Assembly (NCBI GenBank): GCA_037447435.1
Contig: JBBIGR010000016.1
Coordinates: forward strand, 1 to 64,000
DNA: 64,000 nt
Source of the DNA: Fibrobacteria bacterium
Lineage (GTDB): Bacteria > Fibrobacterota > Chitinivibrionia > Chitinivibrionales > FEN-1185
Reading direction: 5' to 3'
A program made the position numbers and the translations under genes. The notes beneath the pieces are model-generated. The model worked only from the letters and a program-made list of their open reading frames with translations, was not told the origin of the DNA and did not search any database. Positions 59,852 to 64,000 of the stretch are shown here, in pieces. Numbering within the stretch: position 1 is the first letter of the stretch; each line of letters starts with the position of its first letter.

Positions 59852-60301
59852 ATGGCATCCATTATTCTCGATACGCTGCTTGCAGACATCAAAGAAGCTA
59901 TGAAAGCCCAGCAAAAAGACAGGCTTTTGGCATTGCGGACCATTCATTCGGAAATTAAAAACCTTGAGCTTATCGAGCAAAAAGAATTGAATGACGCGAA
60001 TATTGCCCAAGTAATTTCAAAGGCCATTAAGCAGCGAAACGAATCCATCGAACAGTATAAGGCGGCAAACCGTTTAGATCTTGCGGCGACAGAACAGGCC
60101 CAAATCGACATTTACGGTAAATATATGCCTGCGCAGCTTTCCAGGCAAGAAATTGAAGCCATTGTCGTTAAGGCGATGACAGATGCGAACGCGCAGGGGA
60201 AACAGGATATGGGAAAGGTCATGAAACTGGTCATGCCGCAGGTCAAGGGCAAGGCCGACGGCAAGCTGGTCAACGAAGTCGTTGCCGCAAAACTCGGATA
60301 A
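59852..60301 (+). CDS. yqeY: GatB/YqeY domain protein
   Basis: D.KEAMKA, KQR.ESIEQY, Y.P.QLS, DMGKVM, GKADG..V. Confidence 0.93.
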   Translation: MASIILDTLLADIKEAMKAQQKDRLLALRTIHSEIKNLELIEQKELNDANIAQVISKAIKQRNESIEQYKAANRLDLAATEQAQIDIYGKYMPAQLSRQEIEAIVVKAMTDANAQGKQDMGKVMKLVMPQVKGKADGKLVNEVVAAKLG

Positions 60302-60322
60302 CCGAAAAGGATTTTTATACTA

Positions 60323-61261
60323 ATGACAATAGCGCTTATATCGGGCATCAACGGTTTTGTCGGACATCACCTTGTCGATTTACTGATGAAACAAGGTAAA
60401 ACGATTGTCGGCATCGGTATCGAGGCAACGTGCTTTCGCGATGACATCGGCTATGAGATGGTCGATATTACGGATTCCGACAGCGTGGCCCAATCCATAG
60501 AACGTATGCGGCCGGACGAAATTTATCATCTTGCCGCTATTAGTTTTCCAGCCGAAGCCGATCGTACGCCCCGGCCCGCTTTGGCCATTAATATTACCGG
60601 AACAATTTCTATGATCGATGCAATGAAACGGTTCATGCCGCGATCAAAAATTTTGGTGGTCGGTTCGTCAAAAGAATACGATATCGACGCCGAAGGATTG
60701 ATTTCGGAAACAAGCCTTCCTAATCCGACGAATTTTTACGGAATAACCAAGTACGCCACCGAACTTATCGGTATGCAATATTTCAGGCAATACGGGCTCG
60801 ACATCCGCTTTACCCGTTCTTTCAACCATACCGGACCGGGACAATCGCATTTGTTCGTGTGTTCCGATTGGGCACGGCAAATCGCTTCGATCGAACAGGG
60901 CCTTACCCCGCCCGAAATTCATGTCGGCGATTGCAATATCGAAATCGACTTTTCCGATGTCCGCGATGTGGTCAGCGGTTATGCAGCTATTATGGAAAAA
61001 GGTTTACCCGGTGAAGTCTATAATGTTTGTTCCGGCTCCATGCAGAAACTTTCAAATATTCTGCATTATTTGATCGGCAAGTCCACAAAGAAAATCGAAA
61101 TTGTGCGGCAAGAGAAAAAAATACGGGAAGTTAAAACATATAAAAAACTTGCAGGCGACAACAGTAAATTGAAACAGCAAACCGGCTGGGCTCCGCAGTT
61201 TTCATTTGAAAAGACCCTGGACGACTTATTCGAATACTGGATGCATCAAATCGGAAAGTGA
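60323..61261 (+). CDS. GDP-6-deoxy-4-keto-hexose reductase (Rmd-like) / NDP-sugar epimerase-dehydratase
   Basis: G..GFVG.HL, HLAA.S, YG.TK, FNHTGPGQ, DVRDVV.GY, GEVYNVCSG. Confidence 0.82.
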   Translation: MTIALISGINGFVGHHLVDLLMKQGKTIVGIGIEATCFRDDIGYEMVDITDSDSVAQSIERMRPDEIYHLAAISFPAEADRTPRPALAINITGTISMIDAMKRFMPRSKILVVGSSKEYDIDAEGLISETSLPNPTNFYGITKYATELIGMQYFRQYGLDIRFTRSFNHTGPGQSHLFVCSDWARQIASIEQGLTPPEIHVGDCNIEIDFSDVRDVVSGYAAIMEKGLPGEVYNVCSGSMQKLSNILHYLIGKSTKKIEIVRQEKKIREVKTYKKLAGDNSKLKQQTGWAPQFSFEKTLDDLFEYWMHQIGK

Positions 61262-61332
61262 CGATTGCAAAGAGGGCGTATTTTGTGCAAGCGGTCCCCT
61301 CACGGGAAAATTTCGAACTTGCGCTAATAAAT

Positions 61333-61365
61333 AAAGCACCGGATTCATTTGAATCCGGTGCTTTT
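61333..61365. terminator. bidirectional terminator between convergent genes
   Basis: AAAGCACCGGATTC...GAATCCGGTGCTTTT. Confidence 0.85.
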
Positions 61366-61388
61366 TATTTAAATAAGCGAGAGCATGA

Positions 61389-62450
61389 TTACTTTTGGCA
61401 TCCGTTCGGCGTCAAACCGCCGTCCCAGCTGCGTATGAGTTTTCCTATCCTGGTCCAGCGGATCTTGATAGGCAATAACCATATCGGAACGTCTTTGTCT
61501 TCCGAAAAATACAGGATAAAGGCCTTTGCCTTGATGAAGTTGCGGTTCAAAAATCCCCAATACCGCGAATCGGTCGAATTGTCGCGATTGTCGCCCATCA
61601 TGAAATAATTGTCGTTCTTCACGATATAGTCTTTAATTTGCTTGTTGTTGACATAAAGCAATTTTGAGACATTGATGTTTTTGTCGGTATATTGCATGCC
61701 GACCTGTTTGACGATATCGTCGAGAATGGTCCAATTGTCTATGATGTCGAACGGAATATCGTCGAAAGACAATTCCCGGTACCCGTAGGTGATGACTTTT
61801 TGGTTGTTCGCGTATTCGCCGTTGATATACAGTTGGAATTTTGCCACCGTCGGCTGCCTTGGATTTTCCTGCTTGACAAGGTGCTTGTAAAACAGGAATT
61901 GGCGAACCGGCATTTTGGGGTCGATATGCAACGTATCGCCTTTTTTAGGGACCCGAATCGGTTCGAAGTCGGTAATGCGCGGGTCTAATTGGCCGTTATG
62001 GATATATTGACCGTTCGGCGGCAAGAGTAAAGGCTTCCCGTCGACAATGACCGTCGTTCCATGAGACTCGATGGTTTGGCCGGGCCCCGCAACGCACCGT
62101 TTGATATAATCTTTTTTATCGGATCCGGGATATTTGAAAATAATGACATCGCCCGGTTTCGGATCCGTGATGCCGGGGAATTTCGTATACATGAACGGCA
62201 GCACGGGCGCGCCGTAAATGAACTTGAGTCCGAGCAAAAAATCTCCGACCATAAGGCTTTTTTCCATGGAGCCCGTAGGGATTTTAAAAGCCTGAATAAC
62301 ATAAACAATGGCAATAAGCGCCATGGCGAGGGCGGAAATCATGTCTTTGGTAAAATGAAAAAGCCCGGCTTTTTCCGATCTGCGCAATTCGCTTTTGTCT
62401 GGGCTTTTGTCCTGATTTGGGTTTTGAGTGTTCAATGTGGTCTCCGGCAT
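61389..62450 (-). CDS. lepB: signal peptidase I
   Basis: IPTGSM (Ser), YIKRC (Lys), MMGDNRDNS.DSRYWG. Confidence 0.95.
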   Translation of the reverse strand: MPETTLNTQNPNQDKSPDKSELRRSEKAGLFHFTKDMISALAMALIAIVYVIQAFKIPTGSMEKSLMVGDFLLGLKFIYGAPVLPFMYTKFPGITDPKPGDVIIFKYPGSDKKDYIKRCVAGPGQTIESHGTTVIVDGKPLLLPPNGQYIHNGQLDPRITDFEPIRVPKKGDTLHIDPKMPVRQFLFYKHLVKQENPRQPTVAKFQLYINGEYANNQKVITYGYRELSFDDIPFDIIDNWTILDDIVKQVGMQYTDKNINVSKLLYVNNKQIKDYIVKNDNYFMMGDNRDNSTDSRYWGFLNRNFIKAKAFILYFSEDKDVPIWLLPIKIRWTRIGKLIRSWDGGLTPNGCQK

Positions 62451-62484
62451 TTTTTAGTATTGTGATCAGTAACTTTATATACGG

Positions 62485-63246
62485 TCACCTAAAATACTCT
62501 AAAACATCATCGTGAAGAAAGCCATTAGACAAAATGATAGACCCGTTGTAAATAGTCGGATTCCCGCGAATATCGGAATATCTGCCGCCCGCAATCGAGA
62601 CAATGCACGCACCCGCCGCGCAGTCCCAGGGTTTGTCGAGTAAATTAGCGCATACGTCAATTTTCCCCGAAGCTATGCAACCGTACGTGTAGGCGTCCAT
62701 GAATCCGTACGGGTAATCCCATTTTTTCATCAATTCAAGCAAAGACTTTCCATCCTTAGTATCCTGCTTTTCAACAAAACCAAACCCGCTTCCCATGGCG
62801 ACCTCAAGATACTTCGTTGAGGAAACGTGAATATTTTGGTTGTTTAAGAATGCGCCTTTTCCTTTTTGCGCCCAATAGGTTTCACTGAGCGCCGGCAAAT
62901 GAATGCACGCGGCGACGAGGTCTTGTCCGTCTTCAAGTGCAATAAGTACGCTGTGCGTGGGCAAGCCGCGAATAAACGGTCGCGTACCGTCGAGCGGATC
63001 AACGATCCAGCGCCTGCCGCTTTGGCCTTTTTCCTCACCGGTTTCTTCGCCTAAAAAGGCGTCGAGCGGAAATTGCCTGGTAATAATGTCCCGGATAACC
63101 GTTTCACATTGTTTGTCTATTTCGGTAACAGGACTGCGATCCGATTTGATTTCGATATTTTGGATCGCATGTTTCTTTGAAAGTTGAATGCTTCCGGCTG
63201 TTTGTGCGGCATCGAGCATTGCCTTGATTTCGCCATCGTATATCAT
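62485..63246 (-). CDS. inositol monophosphatase family protein (HisN/SuhB-like)
   Basis: K.D.SPVT..D, LGEE, W.VDPLDGT..F, KPWD.AAG. Confidence 0.92.
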   Translation of the reverse strand: MIYDGEIKAMLDAAQTAGSIQLSKKHAIQNIEIKSDRSPVTEIDKQCETVIRDIITRQFPLDAFLGEETGEEKGQSGRRWIVDPLDGTRPFIRGLPTHSVLIALEDGQDLVAACIHLPALSETYWAQKGKGAFLNNQNIHVSSTKYLEVAMGSGFGFVEKQDTKDGKSLLELMKKWDYPYGFMDAYTYGCIASGKIDVCANLLDKPWDCAAGACIVSIAGGRYSDIRGNPTIYNGSIILSNGFLHDDVLEYFR

Positions 63247-63403
63247 TATCCGGTCCTTTGGGAAATATCGCTTTACAAAATATTAATTTAAAATGCATTA
63301 CCGAGGCGATGAGGTGCAAGCGGAAATATTTGGTCTTTGCAACCTTTTTGCCATCGCAATAGTATATTACATATGCCACCATAACGCGAGGTGCTGCATC
63401 GCA

Positions 63404-64000
63404 ATGACCATAGCGTACGATCCGTATTCTCTTTTTTCTACCTACGAGCCGGTGAGCTGGACTCCTTCCCTGCGCGCTTCGAAAGACGGCGAAGGTTCCG
63501 AAACCCACGAGCCGATCTATTCCCTTCGGCGCGATCACGGCATCAAAGGGTTTTACACGCTTCATAACCCGAACGACGAAATCAACGACGGTCGCCATAA
63601 ACTGGATAAGGTGATTGTCGAATATAGAATCGGCGCAATAAGCTATGCGCTGTATACGGTTTCCGATTTGTTAAATGCACCCTATGGTTTCGACGGAGGC
63701 GGCGAGGGAAACCTTGTCGGCGAAATTGCCGAACGAATCGCACGGCGTATTACAAAATACTGGCTCAAGCACAACAGCGAATACGGCAAAACAGGAGGGA
63801 TTTTCGATAGGCGTTTCAACCCGAAACAGCGTGAGGATTTCATCATCGCGAATACACAAGACTACATTTTAAAGATACTCAAATACCCGAATCTCGTGTT
63901 GCTGAAAAAAACCGGAAAGGGCAAATTCGGCTACGAAAATATAAAGGAATTGGACGGGTTGTTCGATTACCGTTATTTTCAACAACGGACCATAGTCGTA
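63404..64000 (+). CDS. hypothetical protein, possibly PD-(D/E)XK-like (runs off window)
   Basis: 199 open codons from ATG 63404 (MTIAYDPY...GEIAERI...ELDGLFDY...IVV); absent from the ORF track because it has no stop. Confidence 0.7.
   Translation, partial: MTIAYDPYSLFSTYEPVSWTPSLRASKDGEGSETHEPIYSLRRDHGIKGFYTLHNPNDEINDGRHKLDKVIVEYRIGAISYALYTVSDLLNAPYGFDGGGEGNLVGEIAERIARRITKYWLKHNSEYGKTGGIFDRRFNPKQREDFIIANTQDYILKILKYPNLVLLKKTGKGKFGYENIKELDGLFDYRYFQQRTIVV

Noticed and set aside
61258..61608. 116-aa plus-strand ORF
   Set aside because: Runs through a terminator and antisense into lepB

Overview
Bacterial chromosome window. The gene content (DUF2341/LamG, CsgG-barrel and two-CW proteins, eukaryote-like kinases) suggests Fibrobacterota (Chitinispirillaceae/Chitinivibrionales-like); this taxonomy is inference. 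About 14-64 kb is mostly core or housekeeping genes: dusB, gltA, fabG, ino1, two B12 radical SAMs, an MNT-HEPN toxin-antitoxin pair, scpB, mutS, gmd, PBP1A, uvrC, dprA, recO, lepB. About 1-13.8 kb is an AT-rich accessory island off the 3' end of tRNA-Asn, with all intact genes on the minus strand. It holds a 10 x 41-bp tandem array upstream of a DUF6261-like gene, an RloA/RloB (AbiL-like) pair, and two integron-like cassette arrays with attC sites but no integrase in the window. Two features of these arrays stand out. (1) Each array starts with a copy of the same 440-660 bp non-coding module, which has short terminal inverted repeats, a palindrome abutting the GTT core, and a candidate operator-overlapped promoter. 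(2) Three complete cassettes are each bounded by their own long, patchy inverted repeats (40-120 bp) that would extend the attC stem in the excised circle and place the genes in a loop. All calls come from reading the sequence; no database searches were run.
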